Below, piece after piece: positions 38,143 through 47,606 of a stretch of 64,000 nucleotides of DNA. Under the pieces are notes generated by a model. It saw only the letters and a list, made by a program, of their open reading frames with translations. It was not told where the DNA came from and searched no databases. Origin of the DNA: an uncultured Planctomycetota bacterium (GTDB lineage: Bacteria; Planctomycetota; JAJSAM01; JAKLKS01); assembly GCA_964607145.1 (NCBI GenBank), contig CAZSIX010000015.1, positions 3,014-67,013 of the forward strand. The letters run 5' to 3'. Made by a program: the position numbers and the translations under genes. The stretch's first letter is position 1. Each line of letters opens with the position of its first letter.

Positions 38143-39044
38143 CCGACTCCGTCCCCCCGCCGTCGACCCTTCCTCCGTTCCCCGAGGAGGAGATGGGCCA
38201 CGTCGTCGCCGCCGCGCTGCGGGAGGACGGCGCCTTCGAGGACGTCACGTCGCGGACCTTCGTCCCGACGGCGCGGATGGCCCACGCGACCCTGCGGGTC
38301 AAGCGACCGGGGGTCGTCTGCGGACTCCCGGCGGTGCTCGCGGTCCTGCGTGCGGTCTCCCCGCGCCTCGCGTTCACGCGGCTCGTCCCCGAGGGCGCCG
38401 AGGTCGCCGCGGGGACCGAGGTCGCCGCCGTGGGGGGGCCCGCCCGCTCCCTCCTGGCGGCGGAGCGCGTGGCGCTCAATCTCCTCGGCCACATGGGAGG
38501 CATCGCCACCCTGACGCGCGCCTTCGTCCGCGCCGTGGAGGGCACCGGCGTCACGGTGCATCCCACGCGGAAGACGCTCCCCGGACTGCGCGCGGCGGCC
38601 GTCTACGCGGTGGAGGTCGGGGGCGGCCACCGCCACCGGTCCGGCCTCCACGAGGCGATCCTCGCGAAGGAGAACCACTTCCGCGCGGCGGGCGTCCCCT
38701 TCGGGGAGGCGCTCCGGCTGGCGCGCGCGGCGGCGCCCCCGGGCATCCCCTTCGGCACGGAGGTCGAGACGCTGGGGGAACTCTGCCTGGCGCTGGAGGC
38801 GGGCGCGGACCTGATCCTCCTCGACGATTTCCCCGTGGACCAGGTCCGGCGGGCGGTGGAGGAGCGCAACGTGCGCGGGAAGGGACCCCGCCCGATCCTG
38901 GAGGCCACCGGCGGCATCACGCTGGAGAGCGCCCGCGCGTACGCCGCCACCGGCGTCGAGCGGCTGAGCGTCGGCTCCCTCACCCACTCCGCGCCCTGGC
39001 TGGACTGCTCCCTGAAGATCACCGAGGCGCACGGCGGGGCGTGA
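38139..39044 (+). CDS. nadC: Nicotinate-nucleotide pyrophosphorylase [carboxylating] (quinolinate phosphoribosyltransferase)
   Basis: GTGA overlap with the comEA-like stop; alternative ATG at 38193. Motifs HPTRKTLPGLR, GGGHRHRSGLHEAILAKENH, LDDF. Confidence 0.85.
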   Translation: MTDSVPPPSTLPPFPEEEMGHVVAAALREDGAFEDVTSRTFVPTARMAHATLRVKRPGVVCGLPAVLAVLRAVSPRLAFTRLVPEGAEVAAGTEVAAVGGPARSLLAAERVALNLLGHMGGIATLTRAFVRAVEGTGVTVHPTRKTLPGLRAAAVYAVEVGGGHRHRSGLHEAILAKENHFRAAGVPFGEALRLARAAAPPGIPFGTEVETLGELCLALEAGADLILLDDFPVDQVRRAVEERNVRGKGPRPILEATGGITLESARAYAATGVERLSVGSLTHSAPWLDCSLKITEAHGGA

Positions 39045-39901
39045 GCGACGCGGACGCCCTCGACGGGGAGCGCATCGCCGCCGCGGTCCGCGCCGGCGGC
39101 GGCGGGCGGCGGTTCCTGCTCCGGGACGAAGTGGGGTCCACGCAGGACCTGGCGTTCGCCATGGCGGACGAAGGTGCGCCGGACGGTTCCGTGGTCCTCG
39201 CCGATGGCCAGACCGCGGGCCGGGGCCGTCTCGGCCGGCGCTGGGAGTCGCCGCCCGGCGCGGGCCTCTGGTTCTCCCGCGTGGTGCGACCCGGCGTGCC
39301 TCCGCCGCCGGCGCCCCTCCTGGTGGCCGCCACCGCGGTGGCGCTGGCGGCGGTCCTGGAGCGGGAGACGGGAGTCGTCGCGGCGCTCCGCTGGCCCAAC
39401 GACGTGCTGATGGGCGGCCTGAAGGTGGCGGGCATGCTCATCGAGACGCGGGACTTCGACCCCGGGTCCCCCGTGCTGGTCCTCGGCGTGGGCGTGAACG
39501 TCTCCCAGGCCGAGGGCGGCCTGGCGGAGGACCTTCGCGGGACGGCGACGAGCCTCCGCGGGGCGGGGGGACGGACTCCCGACCGGACCGGCCTCCTCTG
39601 CGGCGTCCTCCGATCCCTGGACGACGGGTTCGCGGACCTGGCCCGACCGGGGGGAGCGGAGCGGCTGGACGCGGCATACGTCCGGCGGGCCGCCTTCGTG
39701 GGGGAGGCCGTGCAACTCCTCGACGGCGACGCCCCCCGGGAGGGCGTCCTCCTGGAGGCGTCCCCCGTGCGGGGAGTGCTCCTCCGGGGCGCCGTCGACC
39801 GCGGAGACATCCGCGTCCGCCCGGAGCACGCCCGTGCTCTCCGCCCGTCGGGGCCTCGCCGGGGCCGGGGTCTCGTTGACCGGCGCCCCCCCGTCGGTTA
39901 G
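39041..39901 (+). CDS. birA: Biotin--[acetyl-CoA-carboxylase] ligase
   Basis: GTGA overlap with the nadC stop. GRGRLGRRWESPPG biotin-binding motif. Confidence 0.8.
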   Translation: MSDADALDGERIAAAVRAGGGGRRFLLRDEVGSTQDLAFAMADEGAPDGSVVLADGQTAGRGRLGRRWESPPGAGLWFSRVVRPGVPPPPAPLLVAATAVALAAVLERETGVVAALRWPNDVLMGGLKVAGMLIETRDFDPGSPVLVLGVGVNVSQAEGGLAEDLRGTATSLRGAGGRTPDRTGLLCGVLRSLDDGFADLARPGGAERLDAAYVRRAAFVGEAVQLLDGDAPREGVLLEASPVRGVLLRGAVDRGDIRVRPEHARALRPSGPRRGRGLVDRRPPVG

Positions 39902-39957
39902 CGTGTCCCCGGCCTGCGGGCAGAGAGTCGGTCGCACTACCACGGAGGGGAAGGATC

Positions 39958-40551
39958 ATGAAGGCACTGCTCATGGCGGCTTGCGGGGGACTGGTCCTGA
40001 CCGCGTCGGCGCTGCTGGCGCCCGCCGCTCCGGCGCCGGAGCCGCTGCCGCTGGACGGGAGCCCGTGGACGGGGCCGGTCGACGCCCGGGTCAGGCTCAA
40101 GTTCGCCAAGGACGGCGTGGCCTTCACGACCTCGCCGACGATCGAGGTCGCCACCGGGGACTTCGTGGTCGCGGACCAGTCCGACGGCCGCGTCTTCTTC
40201 ACCGGGAGCAACTTCGGCGGGTGGAGCGGTGCGATGCACGCGCGCAGCGGCGACCCGCGGTTCTACGACTTCATCCTGGATGACGGCGACGGCGGAGTCC
40301 AGGAGAAGGGCGGCTACCCCGGCGCGCTGCGGGACTGGGCCGCCGGCGTCTACGGCGACGCGGCGGGGTTCGGCGTCGCCGTGACGGAGACGTCCGGAGA
40401 CGGCTCCCTTCGCCTGCGGAAGAGGGACACGGGGGTGAAGATGCGCCAGACCAGCCGATCCTCGGGGGACGCGTTCTACGACGGCGCCACGCGCCGGTTC
40501 AAGGGGAGGTTCTCCTTCTTCGGCGCCCTGGACTCGTTCGCGGAGAACTAG
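39958..40551 (+). CDS. Secreted hypothetical protein, paralog 1 of a tandem three-member family
   Basis: SD GGAGGGGAAGG before ATG. Signal peptide MKALLMAACGGLVLTASALLAPAAP. C-terminal TRRFKGRFSFFGALDSFAEN. Confidence 0.7.
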   Translation: MKALLMAACGGLVLTASALLAPAAPAPEPLPLDGSPWTGPVDARVRLKFAKDGVAFTTSPTIEVATGDFVVADQSDGRVFFTGSNFGGWSGAMHARSGDPRFYDFILDDGDGGVQEKGGYPGALRDWAAGVYGDAAGFGVAVTETSGDGSLRLRKRDTGVKMRQTSRSSGDAFYDGATRRFKGRFSFFGALDSFAEN

Positions 40552-40662
40552 CCCGCGTCGACGGAGGCCCCGCGCGGCGCGGTTTCCGTGTGCCGGGCTG
40601 CCGCCGACTGCGGTAGAGTCCGCTCAGAAGGGGTCGTCGCAGCGCGTGAGCATGGGAGGTGC

Positions 40663-41277
40663 ATGATGCGTATCCTGTCGAAGCTTGTCGTCGGCGCGAT
40701 CGTGATCGGCGCCGCGGGGCTGCTCGCTCCTGCGGCCGACGGGCTGCACGTGGTCCTGGACGGCAGTTCCTACTCCGGCGCCGTCCGGACGCGAACCCAG
40801 ATCCGGGTGAAGCGGTCGGGCTTCCAGTGGCCCGCCGAACTGCCCCGCTCGGGCCAGATCGTGTCGAACCGATCCACGGGCCCCGGCTACTCCGCGTCGC
40901 TGAGCTTCTCCGGCGGAAACGTTTCGTTCAGCAGTGCCGCGCTGGGCGGCGTGACGGTCCCGCTGACGGAGCGTCCCGGCCAGGATCGCTACTACGACTT
41001 CACCGTCGCCTCGGGCCTCTTCGCGGACGGAGCCGCCACGCTGGTGACGACCACGGCGCCCGCCATCGGAACGACCTCGACCGTCGTCATCGAGACCATC
41101 GACGGCGTGGGCCTCGTGCGTGGAGATTGGAGCCTCGACACGGTCATGTTCCGCCACCGGTTCCGGTTCACCGGCACGGCGCCCTACCAGTTGCTCCCGA
41201 AGGACTCCGCGAAGACCCGCCGGTTCAAGGGCAAGACGTCGATCTCCGGTGTCCTCCCCAACTCGTTCGCTCCCTAG
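40663..41277 (+). CDS. Secreted hypothetical protein, paralog 2
   Basis: SD GGGAGGTG before ATGATG 40663. Signal MMRILSKLVVGAIVIGAAGLLAPAA. C-terminal TRRFKGKTSISGVLPNSFAP. Confidence 0.7.
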   Translation: MMRILSKLVVGAIVIGAAGLLAPAADGLHVVLDGSSYSGAVRTRTQIRVKRSGFQWPAELPRSGQIVSNRSTGPGYSASLSFSGGNVSFSSAALGGVTVPLTERPGQDRYYDFTVASGLFADGAATLVTTTAPAIGTTSTVVIETIDGVGLVRGDWSLDTVMFRHRFRFTGTAPYQLLPKDSAKTRRFKGKTSISGVLPNSFAP

Positions 41278-41294
41278 GTGATCCCGGGGAGGGA

Positions 41295-41323
41295 TTGACT
41301 CGGTGGGCGCGGCTGCGTAGACT
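41295..41323 (+). promoter_or_regulatory. Sigma-70-like promoter TTGACT-N17-TAGACT upstream of paralog 3
   Basis: Seen directly: ttgact at 41295-41300, a 17-nt spacer, tagact at 41318-41323, about 75 nt before the ATG at 41399. Confidence 0.4.
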
Positions 41324-41398
41324 GGCTACGGAAAGCGGAAGACTGTGGTCGCCGGGGGCAGGCCCGCCGGCACGTAGGAACTCGGAAGGAGGACGGCG

Positions 41399-41926
41399 AT
41401 GAAGGCATTGGTTGTGGCTCTCTGTGGCGCTCTCGTCATCGGGGCGGCGAGCGTGCTGGCGCCGGCCACGCACGACAACATCGTGCTCGACAACACGTTC
41501 TGGGCCGGGACGATCTACGGCCGCGCCAAGATCTCGACGAAGCCCGGCGTGGACGTGAAGACGACGGACTGGATGAACTCCATGGACATCTCCAGCGGCT
41601 CGATCTCGTTCTCCTCGAGCAACTGGGGTTCCTGGTCCGCCTCCACCAGCCCCCGCGAGGGCAAGATCCGGTTCCACGACTTCTGGCTGAACAACGGCGA
41701 GGGCGAGCTCCAGTCGTGGGCCGCCAACGCCATCGGGAACATCACCGGGTTCTACACCTCCATCGACTCCGCCGAGGGCAGCGGCTACGTCCGCGGCAGC
41801 TGGGACTTGGGCAACATCCTCATGCGGTCCAGCACGCGCGTCCGCGGGTTCGGCACGGTCAACGGTCAGCCGCGGACCTTCCGCGGGAAGCTCTCCATCG
41901 ACGGCATGCTGTTCAACAACGACTAG
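41399..41926 (+). CDS. Secreted hypothetical protein, paralog 3
   Basis: SD GGAAGGAGG before ATG. Signal MKALVVALCGALVIGAASVLAPA. C-terminal RTFRGKLSIDGMLFNND. Visibly lower GC than its neighbours. Confidence 0.7.
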   Translation: MKALVVALCGALVIGAASVLAPATHDNIVLDNTFWAGTIYGRAKISTKPGVDVKTTDWMNSMDISSGSISFSSSNWGSWSASTSPREGKIRFHDFWLNNGEGELQSWAANAIGNITGFYTSIDSAEGSGYVRGSWDLGNILMRSSTRVRGFGTVNGQPRTFRGKLSIDGMLFNND

Positions 41927-41942
41927 CCTCCGATCGCGATCC

Positions 41943-41980
41943 ACAACGGGGCACCCCGTTCGCGCGGGGTGCCCCGTTCG
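41943..41980. terminator. Two tandem palindromic hairpins (CGGGGCACCCCG / CGGGGTGCCCCG) after paralog 3
   Basis: acggggcaccccgttcgcgcggggtgccccgttcga seen directly. Confidence 0.4.
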
Positions 41981-42049
41981 ATTCCCGGAGTGGTGCGGTG
42001 CCGGCGGATGACTCTCCCGTGACCGCTGCGGCTACCATGGCCGATCCAC

Positions 42050-44143
42050 ATGCGGGGCTGGTGGTCCAGGGTGCCGCGCGACGCCAAGGTCGCCGCGGCG
42101 CTGGCGGGGCTGGTGCTGCTGCAGACCGTCGCGCTGGCGGCCTTCGGATTGGCCGTCGCCCGGTCACAGCGAGCGGAAGCGGAACGGGATCTCCGGGCCA
42201 TCGCTGCCCTCTCCCTGGCCCGCGGCCTCGGTGAACCGGCCGCCGCGGCGCTGGCCCGGACGGAGGTCGCCCTGTCCCGTGCGGCCCGGGCCGCGGGCAC
42301 CCCCGCGGCGCCGCCCGATCTCCCCGCCGGACTCGTCGTCCGGCTGTTCCTCCTGGGCGCGGACGGGGCCGTGATCGACGGGGAGGGGCGGATGGTGGTC
42401 CCGCCCCCGCCCTCGCCGGGGGCCGCCCGCTCACCCGCCGTGGACCGTCTCGGGTCGGTGGAGGCCGTCGCCATGCGCGAGGGGGGCCCGGCCGACGCCG
42501 CCCGCGCCGCGTGGGCCGCGGTGGAGTTCGAGGACGACCCGTCCGTGGCGGTGCCGGGACTCCGCATCGTCGCCCGTAACGCGCTCCGTGCGGGGGACGA
42601 CACGCTGGCGCTGCGGGCGGCCTCCCGCATCCTCGAGCGCTGGCCGGAGTTCCGGGTGGAGGGGGAGTATCCGGACGGACCGGGCGCCGCCGCCGTCGCG
42701 GCATCCATCCACCTGCGCCGGCTCGAGGCCGGCGCCCCCGGGGCGGAGGAGGCCTTCGTCGGGGCGGTGGCGGAGTGGCGCCGGACGCTGCTGGCCGGGG
42801 ACCTTCCCGCGGCGGCCGCCCGGGGGGAGACGCAGGCGGTGCAGGAACTCGCCGCCGCGGGCAAGCCCCGGCTCTCCGTGGAGGCGGGGGCGGCGATGGA
42901 GGCGGCGCTGGCCGCGCTGGGGCGCGCCGACGACGAGGCGGCGCCGCTCCGTGACGGCTCCCTCCGCGCGCGACTGGCGGCGGGCGCGCGGGGCGCCCGG
43001 GAGGCGTGGGTCGCCGGGGTCGACGGGCGCGCGCGTCCGCTCCTCTTCCGCGCCGTGGGCCGCCCCGACGGATCCGCCGTCGCGTTCCTCGTCGACCCGG
43101 AGGCGTACCTGGCGGCCGCGGTGCTGCCGCTGCTGCATGGCGCCCACCCGCGGGAGGGGACCGCCGTCCGCCTGCTCACCGCCGATCGCGCGCCCCTCGA
43201 CGGCGGCGGCGCGCCACCGGCGCGCGACGGCGTGCTCGCTTCCGTGGGCGTGCCGCTGCCGATGGCGCGGGCCGTGGGGGAGACGGTCCTCTCCGATCCG
43301 GGGCTCCTCGATCGCGAGGCGGCCCGCTCCCGCGGAGTGGTGGTGCTCGTCTTCGCGCTGGCGGCGGCGGCCCTCGGGCTCGGCGCCGTCCTCGTCCTGC
43401 GCATGGTCCGCACGGAGGTCCGCGTGGCGCGCATGCGCGCCGACTTCGTGGCCTCCGTCTCCCACGAACTGAAGACCCCGCTGACGAGCATCCGCATGTT
43501 CCTGGAGACGCTGCGGGAGGGACGGACGCGCTCCGAGGAGGAGCGGCAGGAGTGCCTCGACGTCGTCGACCGGGAGGCGCAGCGCCTGGGCCGCATGGTG
43601 GAGCGCGTGCTGGAGTTCTCCCGCGTCTCCGCCGGCGTCCGCCGCCTCCGGCCCGAGGCGGCGGATCCGGCGGCGGTCCTGCGGGACGCGGCGGACGCGT
43701 TCCGCGGGCATCTCGTGAACGGCTCCTGCGACTTCCGCATGGAACTGGCCGCGGGGCTTCCCGTCCTCCGCCTGGACCGGGACGCCGTGACCGAGATCGT
43801 GCTGAACCTCCTCGACAACGCGTGGAAGTACACCCCCGCGACGGGCAAGCGCATCGTGCTGCGCGCACGCCCCGCGGACGGCGGCGGCGTCCGCGTGGAG
43901 GTGGAGGACAACGGCCCCGGGGTGCCCGCGGGGGACCGCGAGCGCGTCTTCGAGGAGTTCTTCCGCGGCGAGGATCCCCGCACGGCGTCGGCGGGGGGCA
44001 CGGGTCTCGGCCTCGCCCTCGTGCGGCGGCTGGCCGAGGCCCACGGCGGGAGCGCCGCCGTGGAGAGCGCACCCGGCGGCGGGAGCCGGTTCGTCGTGAC
44101 GCTGCCCGGCGGCGGGGGCGAGGCAGGGGAGGGACGGATCTGA
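42050..44143 (+). CDS. Sensor histidine kinase (large periplasmic/N-terminal region, HisKA + HATPase_c)
   Basis: H-box VSHELKTPLTSIRMF. N-box LLDNAWKYT. G-boxes VEDNGPGVP and GGTGLGLALV. ATG verified at 42050. Confidence 0.85.
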   Translation: MRGWWSRVPRDAKVAAALAGLVLLQTVALAAFGLAVARSQRAEAERDLRAIAALSLARGLGEPAAAALARTEVALSRAARAAGTPAAPPDLPAGLVVRLFLLGADGAVIDGEGRMVVPPPPSPGAARSPAVDRLGSVEAVAMREGGPADAARAAWAAVEFEDDPSVAVPGLRIVARNALRAGDDTLALRAASRILERWPEFRVEGEYPDGPGAAAVAASIHLRRLEAGAPGAEEAFVGAVAEWRRTLLAGDLPAAAARGETQAVQELAAAGKPRLSVEAGAAMEAALAALGRADDEAAPLRDGSLRARLAAGARGAREAWVAGVDGRARPLLFRAVGRPDGSAVAFLVDPEAYLAAAVLPLLHGAHPREGTAVRLLTADRAPLDGGGAPPARDGVLASVGVPLPMARAVGETVLSDPGLLDREAARSRGVVVLVFALAAAALGLGAVLVLRMVRTEVRVARMRADFVASVSHELKTPLTSIRMFLETLREGRTRSEEERQECLDVVDREAQRLGRMVERVLEFSRVSAGVRRLRPEAADPAAVLRDAADAFRGHLVNGSCDFRMELAAGLPVLRLDRDAVTEIVLNLLDNAWKYTPATGKRIVLRARPADGGGVRVEVEDNGPGVPAGDRERVFEEFFRGEDPRTASAGGTGLGLALVRRLAEAHGGSAAVESAPGGGSRFVVTLPGGGGEAGEGRI

Positions 44144-44835
44144 TGGAGACGATTCTCGTCGTGGAGGACGATCCCAGCATCCGGCTGGGGCTCTCCCGCA
44201 ACCTCTCCTTCGAGGGGTTCCGCGTGGTGGTCGCGTCGGACGGGCAGGAGGGGCTGGAGGCGGCGTTCCGGGAGCGGCCCGATCTCGTCCTGGTCGACGT
44301 GATGCTGCCGGGAGCGTCGGGGCTCGAGATCTGCCGCGCGCTCCGGCGCCACGACGCGACGCTCCCCATCCTGATGGTGTCGGCGCGGACGCAGGAACCG
44401 GACCGCGTGCGCGGACTCGAGATCGGAGCCGACGACTACATCACCAAGCCCTTCAGCGTGCGGGAACTGGTGGCCCGTGTCCGCACCGCGCTCCGCCGTC
44501 GCCGCGCCATGGCGGGGGAGGAGGAGCCGTTCCGCTTCGGCGAGTGCGAGGTGGACTTCGCCGCCCGCGTGCTGCGCGTCCGCGGGACCGAGGCGGACTG
44601 CTCCTCCAAGGAGTTCGAACTCCTCCGCTACCTCGTCCGCAACCGGGGGAAGGTGCTCACGCGGGACCAGATCCTGGCCCGCGTCTGGGGGTACGACTAC
44701 GAGGGCACCGCGCGCACCATCGACAACTTCGTGCAGAAGATCCGCCAGAAGATCGAGGACGACCCGGTGAACCCGCGCTGGCTGAAGACCCTGCGCGGCG
44801 TCGGCTATCGCTTCGATCCGGAGAGCGTCGGATGA
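44143..44835 (+). CDS. OmpR-family DNA-binding response regulator
   Basis: TGATG overlap with the kinase stop. Receiver domain (ILVVEDDPSIRLGL...LVLVDVMLPG). Winged-helix output domain (LTRDQILARVWGYDYEGTARTIDNFVQKIRQKI...LKTLRGVGYRF). Confidence 0.9.
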   Translation: METILVVEDDPSIRLGLSRNLSFEGFRVVVASDGQEGLEAAFRERPDLVLVDVMLPGASGLEICRALRRHDATLPILMVSARTQEPDRVRGLEIGADDYITKPFSVRELVARVRTALRRRRAMAGEEEPFRFGECEVDFAARVLRVRGTEADCSSKEFELLRYLVRNRGKVLTRDQILARVWGYDYEGTARTIDNFVQKIRQKIEDDPVNPRWLKTLRGVGYRFDPESVG

Positions 44836-47606
44836 CGACGCGGCGCGCCGTCCGCGGTCTCCCCTCGCTGCTGCTCTTCGCGGCCGCCCTCGCCGCGCCC
44901 GGCGCCGCGGGCGCCGCGGAGGGCGACTCCGCCGACGCCGCCGTGGCGGCGCGGTACCGCGCGCTCCGCCTCGAGCAGGTGCTGGGGGACCTGGAGGGCG
45001 CCGCCGACGCCTGGGCCCGCGCCGCCGCGGCGGCGGATCCCGAACTGCGCGCGGAGGCCCGCCTCCGCGGCGCCGCCGTCCTCGAGCGGCTGGGGCGCAT
45101 GGAGGACGCGCGGGAGATGCTGCGCGCGCTGGTCGCCGACCCGGCGCCTCCCCCCGGCCCGCGGATCGAGGAGGCCCGCCGCAGGCTGGAGGCGCTCACG
45201 CGCGCCGCGGCGCCGGGCACGCGCGTGGACAGCCCCGAGGTGGCGGCCCTCCGCGAGGAGCGCCTCGCCCTGGAGGAGGAGGCGCGCGGGCTCCGCCGCC
45301 GCCTCGACGAGGCGCTCCGCACGACCGCCGACGTCGAGGACCTCCGCATGGAGATCCGCACGCGCGACGCGGACCTCGCGGACCTCCGCGCCCGGCTCCT
45401 CCGCGCGGAGCGCGCCGATCGGGCCGCCGCCGGCGCGGCGACGCCGGGCGAGATCGAGGAGGACCGCCGCCGGGACCGGGAGCAGGCGGTCTACCTCTCC
45501 GCGGAGTACGCGCGCCTCGGCCGGGACTTCCACGCGGCGGGACGGTTCGAGGATGCGCGGCGGCTGCTGCGGGAGGCCGTCGACCTGGACCCGGGCAACG
45601 AGCGCGCCCGCGAACTGCTGGAGCGGGCGACGGCCCCGCTGCCGGAGCGGGAGGGGCTCGCGCGGGGCATCCTCGAACTGCTGGCGCTGGAGCACTCCCT
45701 CCTCGTGGAGCAGGTGCGCGGGGAGGCGGAGGAACTCCTCCGTGCGGGTCGCGACGCCGTGGCCGCCGGGCGCGCCGCGGAGGGGGCCGACCGGTTCGAG
45801 GCGGCCCTCCGCCGGCTGGACGCCCGCCCCGCGGCGCTGGACGCGCTGGACGGGCTGCGCGGGGACCTCGCGCGGAGGTTCGAGGAGGCGAGCCGCGCCG
45901 CGGGGACGCCCCGCGCGGCGCCGGAGCGGCCCGCGGGGGCCGGCGGGGACGCCCGGCTGCCGGAGGCGCTGCGGCAGATCCTCGAGTCCGCCGGCGCGGC
46001 GGGGGAGACCGGGGGCGCCGCGCTCCGCGTCTTCCCCCTCGCCCCCGTGGCCGCGGCGCAGGCGGCCGCGCTCCCGCCCAGCCCCGCTCCCCACCGCCGG
46101 CCCGCGGGGCTCGTGGTCCTCCCCGACGTGCCTCCGGCGGCGGGCGCCTTCCGGGCGGCGATCCGCGGTGCCGTCGAGCCGGAGGCGTGGCGGGCCCCGG
46201 GAGCCGTGCTGGAGTGCGTGGGCGGATCCCTCGTCGCGCGGGCCGGTCCGCGGGCGCTGGCGGCGCTGGAAGCGACCATGGACGCGTCGGGTCGCCCGCC
46301 GCTCCGCTCCGTTCCGCTGGAGATCCTCGTCGTCCCCTGCGCGCCGGAGGCCCTCGCCGCCGCGCTGCGGGATGCGGGTGCCCGCTTCTCGGGGATGGAG
46401 CCGGGATCCGGTGCCGTCGCCGTGGACGCCGGCGCCGTGGCGGTCCTCACGGCCCTGGCGGGGCCCGCGGGGCCGTCCCTGTCCGCCGCCGTGCGCGCCG
46501 CCGAGCGGCGGGGCGCCGTGGTCGCGACGCTCCCGCCGGAGGGCGGCGCGGGCCCGCCGGAGGAGTGCGCGGGCCTGCGCGTGGAAGCGGTCGCGTGGTG
46601 GCTCGGCCCCGGCCGGCTCGCCGCCGGAGCCGTCGTCTCCGCCGCCGTGGAGGCGGTGCCCGGAGTCTCCGCGGCGCTGGGAAGGGCCACGCTCTCGCGC
46701 AGTCGAGCCGCCGGAGGGGGCGACGTCCGGCCCGGGGGCGCGCTCGTGTTCCCCGGGGTCCCCATTCCCGGCGCGGAGCCGGGCTCGCCCCCGCGCCACG
46801 GGGCGGTCCTCGTCGTGGTCGGGGACGTGGCGGCGCCGGTCCCCGCGGCCGTCGCCGGCGAGGGGGCCGCGACCCCCGTGGACCTGGGCGATCTGCCGCG
46901 GCGGGGAGTGGACGCGGCCGGTCCGCTGGCCCCGGCGGGGGAGGACGGCGTGGCGGCGCGCATCGAGGCGCTCCGCGCGTGGCTCCAGATGCGCGCCCCG
47001 GGCGGCACGCGCGTGCGCCTCGCCGGGACCGGGCTCGCGGTGGAGGGGGGCCCGGCGGCGGCGGCCGTGGTGGTCGAGGACCTGGGCCGCCTCGCCGCCG
47101 ACGGGACACCGGTGCCGCTCCTGGTCCGCGTCCACTCCCTGGGTCCCGCGGCGGAGGCCGCCCTGCTGCGGGATCTCCCGCTGCTGTCGCCCTCGGGCGA
47201 GGGGGATCTGCGTTTCGCGGTCCTGCAGGGTCGCGTGCGGGATCGCGTGAGGTTCCTGCTGGCCGGCGACGCGGAGGGGGCGCCGGCGGGCGCTCCCGTC
47301 GCGGCGCTGGCCCAGGCGGCGCAGCGAGCGGTGTTCGCCCGCGTGGAGGAACTGGGGGCCGGGGGCCGGCCCGCCCGCCGCGGCGTCGAAGTCGGCGTGC
47401 GCCCGTGGCCCGGCGATCTGCCCGACGAGCGCTGGATCTGGGCCGACGTCACGCTCCTCCTCGCCGGCGAGGCCGGGCCGCGGCGGGAGCCGCCCGTGAT
47501 GACGGCGATCCGCCGGAACGCGTCCCTGCTGCTGGTGGGCCTCCGCAGTCCCTTCGGCGATCCGGCGCGGACGCGGCTCGTCGTGCTCGTCGAGTGGGGG
47601 TCCTAG
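44832..47606 (+). CDS. Large (924 aa) secreted hypothetical protein, coiled-coil/TPR-like N-region
   Basis: ATGA overlap with the response regulator stop. Signal MTTRRAVRGLPSLLLFAAALAAPGAAGAA. The antisense ORFs 44805..49064 and 45491..47452 are Arg/Pro junk. Confidence 0.6.
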   Translation: MTTRRAVRGLPSLLLFAAALAAPGAAGAAEGDSADAAVAARYRALRLEQVLGDLEGAADAWARAAAAADPELRAEARLRGAAVLERLGRMEDAREMLRALVADPAPPPGPRIEEARRRLEALTRAAAPGTRVDSPEVAALREERLALEEEARGLRRRLDEALRTTADVEDLRMEIRTRDADLADLRARLLRAERADRAAAGAATPGEIEEDRRRDREQAVYLSAEYARLGRDFHAAGRFEDARRLLREAVDLDPGNERARELLERATAPLPEREGLARGILELLALEHSLLVEQVRGEAEELLRAGRDAVAAGRAAEGADRFEAALRRLDARPAALDALDGLRGDLARRFEEASRAAGTPRAAPERPAGAGGDARLPEALRQILESAGAAGETGGAALRVFPLAPVAAAQAAALPPSPAPHRRPAGLVVLPDVPPAAGAFRAAIRGAVEPEAWRAPGAVLECVGGSLVARAGPRALAALEATMDASGRPPLRSVPLEILVVPCAPEALAAALRDAGARFSGMEPGSGAVAVDAGAVAVLTALAGPAGPSLSAAVRAAERRGAVVATLPPEGGAGPPEECAGLRVEAVAWWLGPGRLAAGAVVSAAVEAVPGVSAALGRATLSRSRAAGGGDVRPGGALVFPGVPIPGAEPGSPPRHGAVLVVVGDVAAPVPAAVAGEGAATPVDLGDLPRRGVDAAGPLAPAGEDGVAARIEALRAWLQMRAPGGTRVRLAGTGLAVEGGPAAAAVVVEDLGRLAADGTPVPLLVRVHSLGPAAEAALLRDLPLLSPSGEGDLRFAVLQGRVRDRVRFLLAGDAEGAPAGAPVAALAQAAQRAVFARVEELGAGGRPARRGVEVGVRPWPGDLPDERWIWADVTLLLAGEAGPRREPPVMTAIRRNASLLLVGLRSPFGDPARTRLVVLVEWGS

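Noticed and set aside
35498-38566. 1022-aa minus-strand ORF treated as a single gene
   Set aside because: Only the lower 423 aa (a hydrophobic permease-like protein starting at a GTGA overlap with the ABC ATPase) are credible. The upper part overlaps the ABC ATPase and comEA/nadC genes in other frames.
40581-40619. Sigma-70 promoter upstream of paralog 2
   Set aside because: A TAGAGT -10-like hexamer is present, but no acceptable -35 at 16-18 nt spacing. Not reported as a feature.
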